64,000 nt of DNA from Trichoplax adhaerens (Eukaryota > Animalia > Placozoa). The position numbers and the translations under genes were made by a program. Positions 1 to 13,057 of the stretch are shown in pieces. The stretch lies in assembly GCF_000150275.1 (NCBI RefSeq), contig NW_002060950.1, positions 316,679 through 380,678 of the forward strand. Reading direction: 5' to 3'. The notes under the pieces were generated by a model that was not told the DNA's origin, searched no databases, and saw nothing but the letters and a program-made list of their open reading frames with translations. Position 1 is the stretch's first letter. Each line of letters opens with the position of its first letter.

Positions 1-3000
1 CGCTGACGAAGGACGACAATGCAGCTACCCTTGAACATGGCAAGAAAGAGCAGATTAAACGTCATTCTGATGCATCGCCTTGCACTGACAACTCCGATCA
101 TAATGAGGTATTGAATTGAACTACGTTTCACCAATACCTTCAATATTCCTTGTCGATAGTCAATTTGAATACACTAATGCGAATGAAAATGCATCATCTA
201 TAACGTTAAAAACATCAATCAATTGACTTTTGCATTTAAAAATGATTTCAATTTAGATGTATCAAAGTTATTCATACAGTACAGCTAACTGCTTAACTAC
301 AGGTAAATATAGTATATAAGGATATTTACTTGTATACTGGATGGATGAGAGATGACATCAATACGCGAAGAAACGATCGAAAAAATTAACATAATTATAG
401 TTCTCATCTTCCCAGTCTATGTTTAACATGTTCCATATGCTGCTAATGTAATAAATCTCATAATAAACAATTTCTATCATTATGAATAATAGTTGTATCG
501 AATTAAGTATCCACTCCATACAACCAACTAGAAGCAAACTACCTCTTAATATTATTTAAATACCAAAAAAAATGTTTTCAGAAACTAGTTTTAAAATGGA
601 AAATTGGAACATGTAAATAAACAATCCATCTCCTATTAAATTAGGTACCACCAGCTAGTCAAAAACGACTGTTAGAAGAAAAGAAAATTTCATCACCGGT
701 GTGGCTAAAAATCAAGCGCGGTCGATTTAGTAAAACAAATACAAAGAAACGAGCAATTGGCAACAGTAATATCATTCATCAACCTCTCGATTCTGATAGC
801 GATTACGTTGAATCTGATGATGATAATAATGCAAATACATCAGAAATTGAAATGGTCTTATCTCAACTTCCAGCCAAATATACTGCAAAGCCGGTAAGCT
901 ATCCTATGTTCATCTAATTATATGTGCATTATTATATTGATTCAATTAAAGGAGACAACCTGTTAATGCTCAGCGTAATGGATAGATCTTAGAGAAATTA
1001 GGAGTTTTTCTTATGCGTATAGTAATCACTTGAACTACCGACAGGATATTTTTTCACTTCTCAGACATTAAAATCTACTGTAGACTTTGTTATATTAAAA
1101 TTTTAATTAATGTCGCAACCGAACCCCTTAGCAGTATGAAGCCATATGCTTCAAAGTCAATCGGAAATAATTAATTAGTTCATTAGCCGATCACCATATT
1201 GGGTAAATAATTAGGCACATGAATTTCTGAATATGACAGGGGTATTAATCCTAAGCAATACCAAAAACCATATTCTAAAAGCACATCAACTATCACCAAA
1301 AGTTGATCTCATTTTCGTCTAACTTTCAAGGATACAACTGATATATATTATCCTGTATATATAACTCATTCATTAAAATATTATGACTTTGAAATTTCAA
1401 TATTTTATCACATTACAGTGAATGTAGTCTATCAATCCTGCCATATCAACGCACCAACATTACTAAGAGAATACGCATATTGTGGCATAAATACTGTTGA
1501 ATTCTCATAACAAATCCTTATCACAATGCAGCACGATATAGCTATAGTCTATTGCTTTTTACGATTTTAAATTGAAGTTATTCAATAAGAACATAGTACT
1601 AATGTAAGATAGAACGTCTACCTTTAAGATTAGTATTTATAACGTTTTTCGTATGAGGTTTCATTATTTACTGTTCGTTACCATCAGATAATTATAATCC
1701 TATGCTAGATTTAGGCACCTTATAGATTAGGAAATAAAAATATAAAATATACTCCATTATCTGATTTTATGATATACAGTAGTATCTAGATAATAAAAAT
1801 CAATACGCCTTAACCAATTTCTATATTTCATATCGGAGTGATAATTAATTGTAGCCAAGTAAAAAAATTTCTGGCAAATTTAAAATTCCGTAGTGGGACT
1901 ATTGATATTCCTTAAAGTTACGTATAATTAGTAATACATTTAACGATTATTTACAAACTACCGTGCATTAAGTGGTAAATAATTTCGAATAAGATGGTAC
2001 AGTAATAGTAGTATCACTGTAAATAGCAACTGCAATTTCTATATAGTAAATATGAATTAAATCATACCTACTAAATGTTAGCCAAAGTCAACCTTAATTA
2101 CAGTATTATCACTAATAGTTTTCTGTCTTATGCACAAAATATAATAATCGATCAATAGTTTGGTGCTTCTATTATAGCGATAACTTTAGAGTACTGTAAG
2201 CTAAACCTCGACACGATATACGCCAGATTGGCGTATTCAATTTATAAATTTAGTCGATGCTATTCTATGGGATAATATTTTACAGACAAATGCCTAATCA
2301 GTGATTTATCACACGGCATGATTTTGTAATCATAACTATGGATGTTGTAACTATTTCTTACATTCTTAATATATGTGCATAGCATTTGCCCATATATACT
2401 CTATCTATTCTTGCAGTAGCTAATTAAAGTTTTTCATGCGTTATTCTCTTACTCAAAAAGTCAAGTAGTTGGGCGTGTGCACGACCATCAAGTTTGCCCG
2501 TGAAAAATCGAAACAAGCATATAACAGATATCCTAGAGGTATGCTACTGAATTTAGAAGCTGCTGAAGAATAAGTTATTAAAATTAGCTTAGCCAAAATA
2601 TCAACTTCACGTCATTTGCTACTCGCTTACTTGATCCATTTTTATTCTATATCTTCCAGATCTTACAAAAAAAATATGAAAATTTAGGAGATCAATGGCG
2701 TGTAAAAGGATACACTAAAGCAATTTCCTCAATTAAGAATTATCCTAGAGAAATTACTACCCGAGAGGTTAACTGAAGCGACATATGATCATCTTGTGAT
2801 TGTTGCACATAAATCACTTTATGATGTGATACAATTTTGTCATACATTATCAATTTAAATTTATTTAGCTTAATTAATTATAAAATCCCCAGTATACTGT
2901 AACTTATTTAAATTGGAGTATAATCAATAACGAACGCTTTCATATAAGAAATACCCACAGTATCGATCGTCCTAGAATAAATCATGGTACAATTAATATT

Positions 3001-4630
3001 TTTATTTCTTAAATAATTTTTTGATCAAATTTGTAATTAACTAGGAAGCAGAGGCAATTCCAAATATCGGAAAACGTCTAGCAGATAAAATATGGGAAAT
3101 TATTAGTTGTGGTCATCTTAGAAAATTAGATTACATGGATAATGATGTACAGACTGCTCTAAATGTCTTTACTAAGATATGGGGAGCAGGTCCAGCTACT
3201 GCGCACAACTGGATTGCTCAAGTAAGTAAATAGTTAATTACTATTTAGAAGGATCACTAGCATTACACCTTTTACATATTCAATTAAGCTGCCGTGAAAA
3301 ATTGGACCGGAGCAAAATTGCCTTACTAGTTGCAACAGTATAAAAGAAGCTAAATCACTAAATTACTTATTTAAGGGCTTGTATACACTGGATGACATAC
3401 GGGCCAAAGCAAAACTAAATTACCATCAAAGCATTGGATTAAAATACTACGATGATTTCAATGAAAGGATTCCTCGAGCTGAAGTGGTAGAGATTGAAGC
3501 TGTAGTAAGCGATATTTTATTAAGAATTTTTCTTGATATTATCATTGCAAATTAGCGTCTGCAATCGGGTCGAATAATTATAATCAAGACTATAATTTAT
3601 GTCGATAATTAAGAACTAATCAAATTTCTTATTAACAGATTCGAGAAGAAGCTACAGCTATTGAACTTGGCCTAGAAGTGATAACATGCGGCTCTTATCG
3701 CCGTGAGAAGCCTACATGCGGTGACGTAGATATTTTGATTTCACATCCAAATGGCCGCTCTCATCAAGGTGTTTATCATAAGCTGCTGCGGCGGTTACAA
3801 GCTAAAGGTACTTGATAAATGATAGTTCCTTAGTAATATTGGACTTTGTTAAGAAATACGGAAATATCTTATTTGATTAATCATACCTTTGTACATAAGA
3901 TTTCTTAACTGAAATCTTAGTTAATCAAGACGTCGATATCGATCATCAAAAGTTATTAGGCGTTTGTAAATTGCCAGAGGAGGGTAGAAAGGTACAATCA
4001 TTACAAAAAACTGTATCAAAGAATTGTAGTCAATATATTCCTAATTTTAGATAAGCTTCAAATAAATATATCTTATATTTTAATTTTTATAACTTTCAGT
4101 ATCGCCGCTTGGATATTATTGTTGTCCCTTACCGTGAATGGGCTTGTTCTCTTTTATACTTTACTGGATCTGGGCACTTTAATCGTTCAATGAGGTTACT
4201 TGCTCGGAAAAAGGTAATAAAATATTTGTAAAATTTATTCTACTAGGCGGTATTAATAAACGATTACCTAAACAACTAAATTTAATATTATTATTAATCT
4301 ATTGGATACACATTAGAGAATGCATCTCTCTGAACATGCAATTAGCGTTGGAGTATTACGTAAGGTGACTGCATGCTCTGTATTAAAATATGTATGTTGA
4401 GTTATTGATTTATTATTTATTAATGTTTAAATAAACATTTGCCTGTTTCAAACAGTGCATCGCTACAAAAATATTTAATCTATTGCATAAATTACTTAAT
4501 TTTAATGTGCTTGCTTCGTTAGGGAAATCAAAAACTAACTCGTGGTACCCCTGTACCCACGAAATGCGAAGCAGACATTTTTGCTTTACTGGGACTCGAC
4601 TACTTAGAGCCAAAAGATCGAGACTGTTAG
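1..4630 (+). CDS. POLL: DNA polymerase lambda (family X), 5' end (BRCT region) outside the window; exons approx. <1-107, 645-892, 2461-2537, 2660-2766, 3045-3220, 3376-3504, 3639-3807, 3900-3991, 4100-4213, 4318-4363, 4523-4630
   Basis: Spliced translation gives the 8-kDa lyase region ([27 protein letters not shown]), HhH motifs ([21 protein letters not shown]), the catalytic [53 protein letters not shown], and a C-terminus [14 protein letters not shown] like Pol lambda. GT-AG introns. Confidence 0.92.
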
Positions 4631-5633
4631 TTGTGCTGTTAAACAGGAATAACAATAATGATGGCTATTAGCGTTTAAATGTGAATATAATATATTGTAT
4701 TTCTGATATTTTTTTACAATTGTATTATATAGATAGAGAGAAATAATCTATAACCTTATTCTGAAACAAACTATTTGACGTTCGTGTGCATTTTTGTTAA
4801 GCATTGATAAATTGTAACGCCTCGGCAGCTGCGAGTGTAAATTTTTTAATGGTAACAATGCTAACAAGACTTGCTATGTGATAATTGATCGAAACGATGC
4901 AAAACCAGATATAAATAAGAATATTATCGTTACGCAAAGACCTTCCAGTCGACAACTCTGAGATGCAAAATTGCATATCATGAGTGATTTATCTAAACTC
5001 GTAAATATAGATTAACAAGACTACTCGATACTGAATTGTGTTTCTCATAGTTTCGAACGACTACTACCATATTGTACATATATCAAGCTACTACTCTCAC
5101 AAATGTTAAGTTATACGATTAATAAATATCATGAATCAAGTTGTGATATCGGAATATAATACATAAATCGATTTTCATGCAAACTGCTGCAAGATTGACA
5201 CACTATTATCATTGACACTGATAAAAAAACATTGCTTCCCTAATAATGTAGAGAGAAGCTCACTGGATCTTGTTGAATAACTTCAAAATTTATTGTTAAA
5301 ATTTTGATCAAAATGAATAAATGATAGAACGATAAATAAAGATTGAGTATCGATTGTTACGATTGATTAATAAGTCTTTTTCAAACTTAATTTATATTGG
5401 TCAGAATTTTGACATAAGCGGTAAATATTTACTACAACAGTAAGAAGGTACATTCGTAAATAAGATTTAAACATTTAGATTCGGCTATAGCCAAACGGAT
5501 ATATTTCTATAAATATTGATAACGGTTCTTCTTCAAACATATAGTGATATTATTTGATAAATGTACCAGTAAAGATGAAGTCAATATGTGCGTACACCTT
5601 GAAAAGACTGCTTAATATTATAGTACATAGACT

Positions 5634-8600
5634 TTAGCTATCTAATTTTCGATATTTATCAAGCCAGTTATCAAGCATTCTATCCACTTGAAATGGCATC
5701 CTAGTTATATTTTGTTTAGCCACAATAATTCCACTAGATGTACATTCACAGTCTAACCATTCGTGCATTAGTTGTTCTTCACAGCCAAGCTGTAATAACC
5801 AAATGAACAAAAATAAGCATCAGCTACAGCATAAATATAATTGTATTTGAAACAACTACAAATAGATAGTTAAAAAATCATTATATTACCTCAGAATTAA
5901 GAAGAAAATGTACTGGTAATGGAACACTTAAACTATCTATCAACGGCAGATATATTGTCTGAGTATTTTCACAATTGTCTACATTAGCACCAGCAACTGC
6001 GTCATTGACTGTATCCGATTCGATTCCAACAACGGCGGAAAAATGACCGCGAGTATAAGCTAAAGCAACTGGATTTGACACGCAAAAGCTCCTTTCCCAT
6101 AACAAGGGTAAATATATTCCTGTAATTAACAAGCGCAAAGTTAGGAACTGAGATATAATACTAACCTGTTCTATGCCTAATGACTAATAGAATGAAGACA
6201 TTACCTTGGAATCGCGCTAGACCTAATGTTTCCCCTTTATAGCTGTTAACATATTTTACACCATAAACAATTATTGGTCGCCTCATAATATGCGCTAATA
6301 CAAATATGTGTATTTGCTCTAATGGAGCTCCTTTTTTTCTAGCGCTGTCAATAATATTTGACCAATCCTTAACGCACTGCTGTTCGTCTAGGCTAAATTC
6401 TAAAATACTTGCTTGTATAGCTTCTGCTTCTCGCCAGCGTTGATAGAACCTAATTTTAAAACTTGTAGTTAATTTAATTTGAATCCAAAATCAAGACGTT
6501 CAAGCAACATTTAACAGGACACCCCAGCAAGCAATCATTACGATATTGCACACTACTAAAAACCTTGGATAAGGTGTTCTCACCTGTCTTCACAGCGAAG
6601 GCTCTCCCTTAAGGCGCGTCGTAATACAGCATTTTCATCCATAACTCCCCAAGTAACTTGCATAACTGAATCCAATAAACAATCGCCAGCTGTTCGATTC
6701 CATAAGGTATACAATTTACTGTCTAAGTCTTCCGTAATTTCGTAACTCCAGTTGATAACAGTGGAATTAACTTCTAATTCTAAATGCAATTTAAACGATA
6801 TACATGAATGTTGGAATAATCTGAAGCTTATAATTTTTTTGATTGCACGGCGTTTGGATAATGTAGATAAATATATTACATACCATTTTGAACATCTCTA
6901 TCGATGATTTCGTTAAACAATTGTTCTTGTACATCAGGAGATAAACTGTGAATCCCTAACCGATTTATCAACAGTAATTAAATCAACTAATTGCAATTGC
7001 CGTAGAAGATAGTTTCAGGGATTAGTAGTCCTTGATGGTATATTGTGATATTTACGCTATCAATTGCTATTCCATACGTACGGTTAACTTGTATAAAACT
7101 GAACTACTTACCAGCCGGTAAGGCAAATGTGACAATATTTGTCACAAAATAGCAGGGCCACTCTCCTTTACGTTGTCTAATCGACATTGATACAATTTCT
7201 CGAATGTCTTGGGCTAATTCTGGTTCAGCATCTGAAGGTAAACATTTATGAGCACGTCGATCGGCTACTGGTGTTAATAGGATATCTAACAAATCCTGAT
7301 GATCATATTTAATAGCCAGATGTACCAGGGTATACCCAATTTCTACTGGATTCGTCCATTTTAATAACATCAAATCTTCATTAGTCAACTGTCTAGATAC
7401 ATCGCCACCTAGAATATCCAGTTTCAAGAAAAGTATTATTTAGGACAATTTGATTATTATGATACAATTGCAAGGCAATATTTATAAGAAATAACCGTAA
7501 TTTAACTTGACTACTTATATCATCAGCAATGTCATGCCCAATAAAGATTATCTGCATTTCACCTGATGCAATGTATTGTTCTACTGGTCTTCGTTTGCCA
7601 GTCTTAACACCCTGGCAAGCGCCCAACCATGACCAATCCTCAGTGGATAAGTGATTTTTGATCTGGTTGAGATCTTCTTCAGTTATAGGAAAAGCATCAT
7701 AGGAGTGAAGGTTATCGATTTTTACTTCAGTATCGTAAGGATTATCGATCATCTCTTCTGTTGGTGAGTAGGTGATGTAGCAACTTTCAGGTTTACCTCG
7801 ATTACAAGCATGATTTGTAAGTTGATTGACTGAGGGAGACTTCGATTTGACTGACGTTGACGTAATGTATTGGTCGCTATTACTACTGGTATTGTTTTGG
7901 CTACTATTAAGTTGATTAAGATCAATTTGGGCTTCTTGTGGATAACGCGGATTTTGGCACATTACACAGCGCAAAGATTTGATGAAATTTTCGTAGGTAC
8001 ATCGACTACAAATCCATTTATTACAATATTTATAATTAATCACATTAGTACCAGTATCAACATTGGTACTAGTACTATCGCCATGAGATGTAGGATTATT
8101 CGAGTGATTCCTTTCATTGTTTTTATCGTTATAAAATTGCATTTCTTCTCGTGTACGAATATCTGAATAAATACTCTGTGATGGCACTCTTTTAGTCGCA
8201 CCAGGTGAAACTGGTCCCATTTGGGCCATGGGTTTGATGTTGCTATTACTATTATTACTATTATTGCTCTCTTGTTGGATAGATTCATTCTTCCGGTTGG
8301 TGTGTCCTTTTGTTGCATTTTTGCGCACGGCTCTAGTATAAACCCAACCACACATGGAGCAATTGGATGAATTGAGGCAATTTTCATAAGTACACGACGC
8401 ACAAGACCAAATTTGATCACTTCCACGTTGATATTCATTAGACTGATGAGCATTCTTACTGTTATTATCGTATTGAGTAATTAATAACGTCGACTGTTGT
8501 GTACAACCAGCCGATCCATGGCTTTCTTTTGCCTTTTCAATGTTGGTATAACACATAGCACAACGCACTGCTGACATGTGATTATCGAAAGTGCAGACTT

Positions 8601-8640
8601 GACAAGTCCATTTACTGCCTGTGCTCGCATTGACCGACAT
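5634..8640 (-). CDS. ZRANB1: TRABID OTU deubiquitinase (3 NZF zinc fingers, AnkUBD, OTU)
   Basis: Three RanBP2-type NZF motifs (WTCQVCTFDN, WSCASCTYEN, WICSRCTYEN); GYTLVHLAI ankyrin; LWNRTAGDCLLDS catalytic Cys; LAYTRGHFSA catalytic His; last exon ends WLDKYRKLDS*. A probable 5'UTR intron lies at about 8857-8966. Confidence 0.95.
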
Positions 8641-9163
8641 GGCGTTATAATATTACTCCTTCAATTTGTGATACTCTGTTCTCCAATTTTGTAGAATAGA
8701 TAAATAGATCTCTCTCTCTCTTAATAATTAGTAGTCAATTTATTTGAAGCCGACAATAGTATTTGATAGCTGTAATCAAAAGGGAAGAGAATGTTTACTC
8801 GTCCTGTTTTTGCTGTTAAGATGGACGAGTATAATCTCAATCTATATGTACCCGACCTACAGTAGAAAATTTCAAAATTGTATGTGTTATCCTAAGCCGA
8901 TAGTACGGTAATTCACTCTCCTCAATCGATCTACGTTCTGCTTCATTGAAAATGTTGAAACTTACCTTAATTGTGATTATAAAATTTCAAAAGTTTGTGA
9001 AATTCTGACCGAGTTGACGAATCCATCTTTGCCATCTAAATAATAAAAACTATTTTGTTAGTATCGGCTTTGATCAATAAAAGCACTTTTGTAAGTGGTT
9101 GATTTGACAGTATTGTATGGAACACTATACTGTTTATGGCTCATTTTTCATTCAGTTTTTTAC

Positions 9164-9965
9164 ACAGTACATACTGTAGCTTACAGTCCGCTAGCATTTG
9201 TCTTATGGATAAACGTACTGTAGGCTGGACAAGTTAGTACTGTATGGTACAATACCGTACCGTGTACAGTCGACCCGAAACCCGACTCCGAAGGAGAGAT
9301 TCGGGTCAAAATTCTCGTCGGTGATACAGTGTTTGTATAGCGATTGCACTCATTCGGGTTAGAAAATCAAACATTGGATCGGGTTTTATCGGGTTCGGGT
9401 TGCCTTTTTCACTCCCATTTAAAAGGACTCTCCCGAATAGAAAATTCAAATTGGTCCCATATCACAATAATGGATTACAGGTAAGTATCTGCTAGCAAAT
9501 CAACTACCCGATGATTGTTTTTTCTTTAAATCTGTTCCGATGTAACTGTGTAGGGTGCAAATAATATGACACCTATACCAGAACCATAGAAACATAGTCA
9601 GTAGCTTATACAGTATAGGATTGATTGATTTATGCTCTCCCAGTCAGTACCGGAATCAATTGCGCCTGCCCATAACGTCCCCACGGCACCCAATGACCTC
9701 AGTTTCTTTAAATGGAACGACAGTTAGGGTGTACCGTATGCTTGTGTGGCTGGTCAGTTTCTTTGTTTACAGCTCGGTTCAGCAATGTCTGTCTGTCTGA
9801 GGCTGTGGCTGAAATATTTTTAGAGATGACAGTATTGTACTGTACAGTACAATCGATTACGTCACGCAAGATGGACCGTAGTCTGTAGTGAAAAGATGCT
9901 AGAGTCACGCCCATGGAGACCTTTCTCTACAGTACAGTACAGTGTACAGTACTGTAGTCTGTACT
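9164..9965. promoter_or_regulatory. Divergent promoter region of ZRANB1/CHMP3 with TACAG/CTGTA arrays and an ACCCGA/TCGGGT cluster
   Basis: Lies between the head-to-head genes; e.g. tacagtacagtacagtgtacagtactgtag at ~9928-9957, and seven ACCCGA/TCGGGT hexamers at 9273-9400. Confidence 0.6.
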
Positions 9966-10262
9966 GAACATAACACGGGATGCACTTGACTGGATCACTA
10001 TAGTCGATGGTATACCGCAATTCACTATAGTAACTGTTGCACTCTGCATCCTGAAATAGTTCACCATCTCGGAAAAAGGAATACTATCATAAACTAAATC
10101 CTATCAAGATCTCTTGCTGGTTGAACAACTCTACTCAAATTGTCTATACGGTATTCCTCAAATTACATAGTTTATCTTGCCCCTTGAAGTATAATTAGGT
10201 GTAAGATCTATTTTATAAATTTGTCTAACGATCATTGCACACTCGACCAATAGTCAAGTAGA

Positions 10263-11762
10263 ATGGGTTTGTTTGGAAAGAGTCCTCCACCAAAAACGCC
10301 TCGAGAGCAGGTCCGCAATCAATGTAGTCATAGCGGAGTTTTCCATTATTTCTAAGGTATCTTTTTCATTATTGAATCCTATGTTAATCTCAACCGTAGG
10401 TCAGAGAGTGGTCATCCAAGATTCGTAAAGAAATGAGAGTAATAGACAGACAAATCAGATGTAAGTATTAATCCTACAATAAAAACATGGACTGTATACT
10501 GTAGACAGTAGTAAGTACAATTATAATCAATTAACATCAGTTATTCAACCATCGTAAACTGCAATCATTCCTGCTGTAATTATAAATAGATTAGTGTTTA
10601 CTTTTTCTCCTATCTTTACTGTTCCATGGGTGTAATATTGAACCATGAACTACTAGATGTATTTTTATTAGTCGATGATTGAACATGCATTGAAATAAAA
10701 TGACTTACATTATAAATCGTATCGAATTTGATGTGAATTATAACGTATTGAAACAGCTATCGACATGGAAAAGCAAAAAGTGGTGAAGTCATTGAAAGAT
10801 GCTGCTAAAAGAAATCAAAGAGATGTATGCACAGTACTAGCTAAAGAAATTATCCATTCTCGTAAGGCAGTATCAAAGCTTTACGCAGCGAAAGCTCAAT
10901 TAAATTCGGTAGATATGCATATGAAAAATCAGCTAGGTAGGTTAGCACAGCGATGCTATTCTCTTGAGCCCAACATTTCCTAGTGTGATTCAAAATGCGC
11001 ACTATAAATCATTTTTCCTCATCATGATTACTTTTAGCCAATAATGTTGTGTTTTAAGATGCATAATCTTTGTATAACAAAATTTCGACAATAGCCACAG
11101 TTAGGATAGCTGGTTCAATTGAAAAAAGTACGGAGGTAATGAAATACATGAATGCTTTGGTAAGACTTCCTGAGATTTCGGCAACCATGAGAGAAATGTC
11201 TCAAGAAATGACCAAGGTAGGAAATTCACATTTTCAATGACAATGCTTCAACACTGTAGATCTTCGACATCAATCAAAAGTACTACTTCATAAAATTAAG
11301 ATAGCTAAAAGTTTGCCAATTTCATAGGCTGGCATTATGGAAGAGATGATGGATGATGCCATGACAATGGATGATGATGAAGAAGTAGAGGAAGCAGCCT
11401 CAGATGAAGTTGACAAAATTCTCTTTGAAATAACAGACGGTTTGAACTCTTCAAATATGCATTATGATTCTCTTATTCTTTACAGACAGTTTATGACCAT
11501 CTTTGATAAATTTTTCCAATTAGGTCAATTGGGTAAAGCTCAAACTGCTGTTGAACCTTTGCCTGAGGTAACGTAGTACATTAGTTACCTTTTGTGTTGT
11601 AAAATAAGATTTCTTTCTTTGTCTGGTATGATATAAATATAATCAATCAATATGACTAACTAGGCGACATCAGACGATGCCAATCAAGAAGTTGATGCTG
11701 AACGATTCGAAGAGGAACAAGCCGAAATGCAACGCCGATTAGAAGCATTAAGAAGCACCTAA
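10263..11762 (+). CDS. CHMP3: ESCRT-III subunit CHMP3/Vps24; exons approx. 10263-10310, 10400-10460, 10757-10937, 11095-11216, 11328-11439, 11524-11567, 11664-11762
   Basis: MGLFGKS...VREWSSKIRKEMRVIDRQIR, LAKEIIHSRKAVSKLYAAKAQLNSV, GSIEKSTEVMKYMNALVRLPEISATMREMSQEMTKAGIMEE, C-terminal MIM-like MQRRLEALRST*. Confidence 0.95.
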
Positions 11763-13057
11763 AATCTAAATACGTGATTGATATTATAGTCTATGCTATT
11801 TTATTTTATCTAATTCAATAGCTAATTACCCTAATAACTACATACTGTTATTAAAATAAGAATTAACCATGGACAAATAATGATGCTTACTCATAGGATA
11901 GAAATGTTCACGTTGTCTCCGTTGGACAAATATATTATACCTGCGTGTTTACCTATTGATGTAATTTGCTATCGTAACTTTCTAATAGTAACTCAGAATA
12001 TTCTGATGTAAATACATTGATGACCGTTATTTTATATTCTGGTGCTTCACCACTTCTACGCCATTCTATAACTCTATTGCTAGTTTGAAGATTGTCTTTG
12101 TAGAATATCTATTAACTTAGCCTTATCACATTGAAGAATCTATGTAAATATAGGTATCATCAAAATATTTTCTCGTAGCTTAAGCTTTATACTCAAAACT
12201 GTGAAATGCAACAGTCTTACCATATAATGCGGGTATATTGCTATGGTATCTCTCTAAATACATATTGCAGAACCGTTGGATTTTGTAGACCATCTCAATT
12301 AGCTTTACAATTCGATCTTGTATCAGTTCGTATTGCAATACTTCGTACTCTTTTTAAGCATCATCTGTCCTGAATTGTTGGAATTGTTGTAAACTTTAAA
12401 TGTTAAGTTATTAGAATTAGTACTCTTTCGATAGAGTTCGCGGTAGTAAATACACGTATGCGAGTGCTTATTGCATTCACTTTGATCTGAATGATGGAAT
12501 CCTTAAACATTCTTGTTGATGACAAGATCAAGATACGCGTATACGACGTACAAATATTACAGTATGTATGAGACAAATTCCATAGTAAACTGAAGCTGAA
12601 AGAAGCATATACAGTGGATTAACCTCTACTTATGATTGAAAATATCGAACTTTAAGCAAGTCTATCTCGAATAAAACGAAAGCTTTCATGTTCTTATGCT
12701 CTTTACTGTAAACTCTACATTTCACTAGAGCATCCTCCTTTCGTAGTCTTACAAATCACTGTAACCTTTATCATGTACGGAACAGTACATTACATAATGC
12801 CACCAGTTAGACACCACACAGGTTAGTACGGGTTCGGTACCGGTCCTGGTTCGGTACGGTACGGTACGGTTACCTTCCAGCAGCATCTTGCGCACTAGAT
12901 TCTGCTCTACTGTTAAAGCAATCTGCTGCAGCTGGCTGCCATTTCTCGATAGCGGTGTGTCCAACCCTCGAGGGGAATCCCATAACGAGAATTGAGTGTA
13001 TCTCCTAATCAATTAATCATTCAAAGCCATAGTAAATGCAGTTAAGAACATTCGGCT

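Noticed and set aside
257-302. AG/GT-flanked 46-nt candidate POLL micro-exon
   Set aside because: Inclusion shifts the frame into a stop in the next exon; no support for it.
7870-8453. ORFs 7870-8166 (+) and 8040-8453 (-)
   Set aside because: Antisense or alternate-frame shadows of the large ZRANB1 exon.
12880-13000. GC-richer stretch starting atcttgcgca, reminiscent of the U4 snRNA 5' end
   Set aside because: Similarity stops after a few nt and there is no Sm site; more likely the MRPS18C promoter or 5'UTR.
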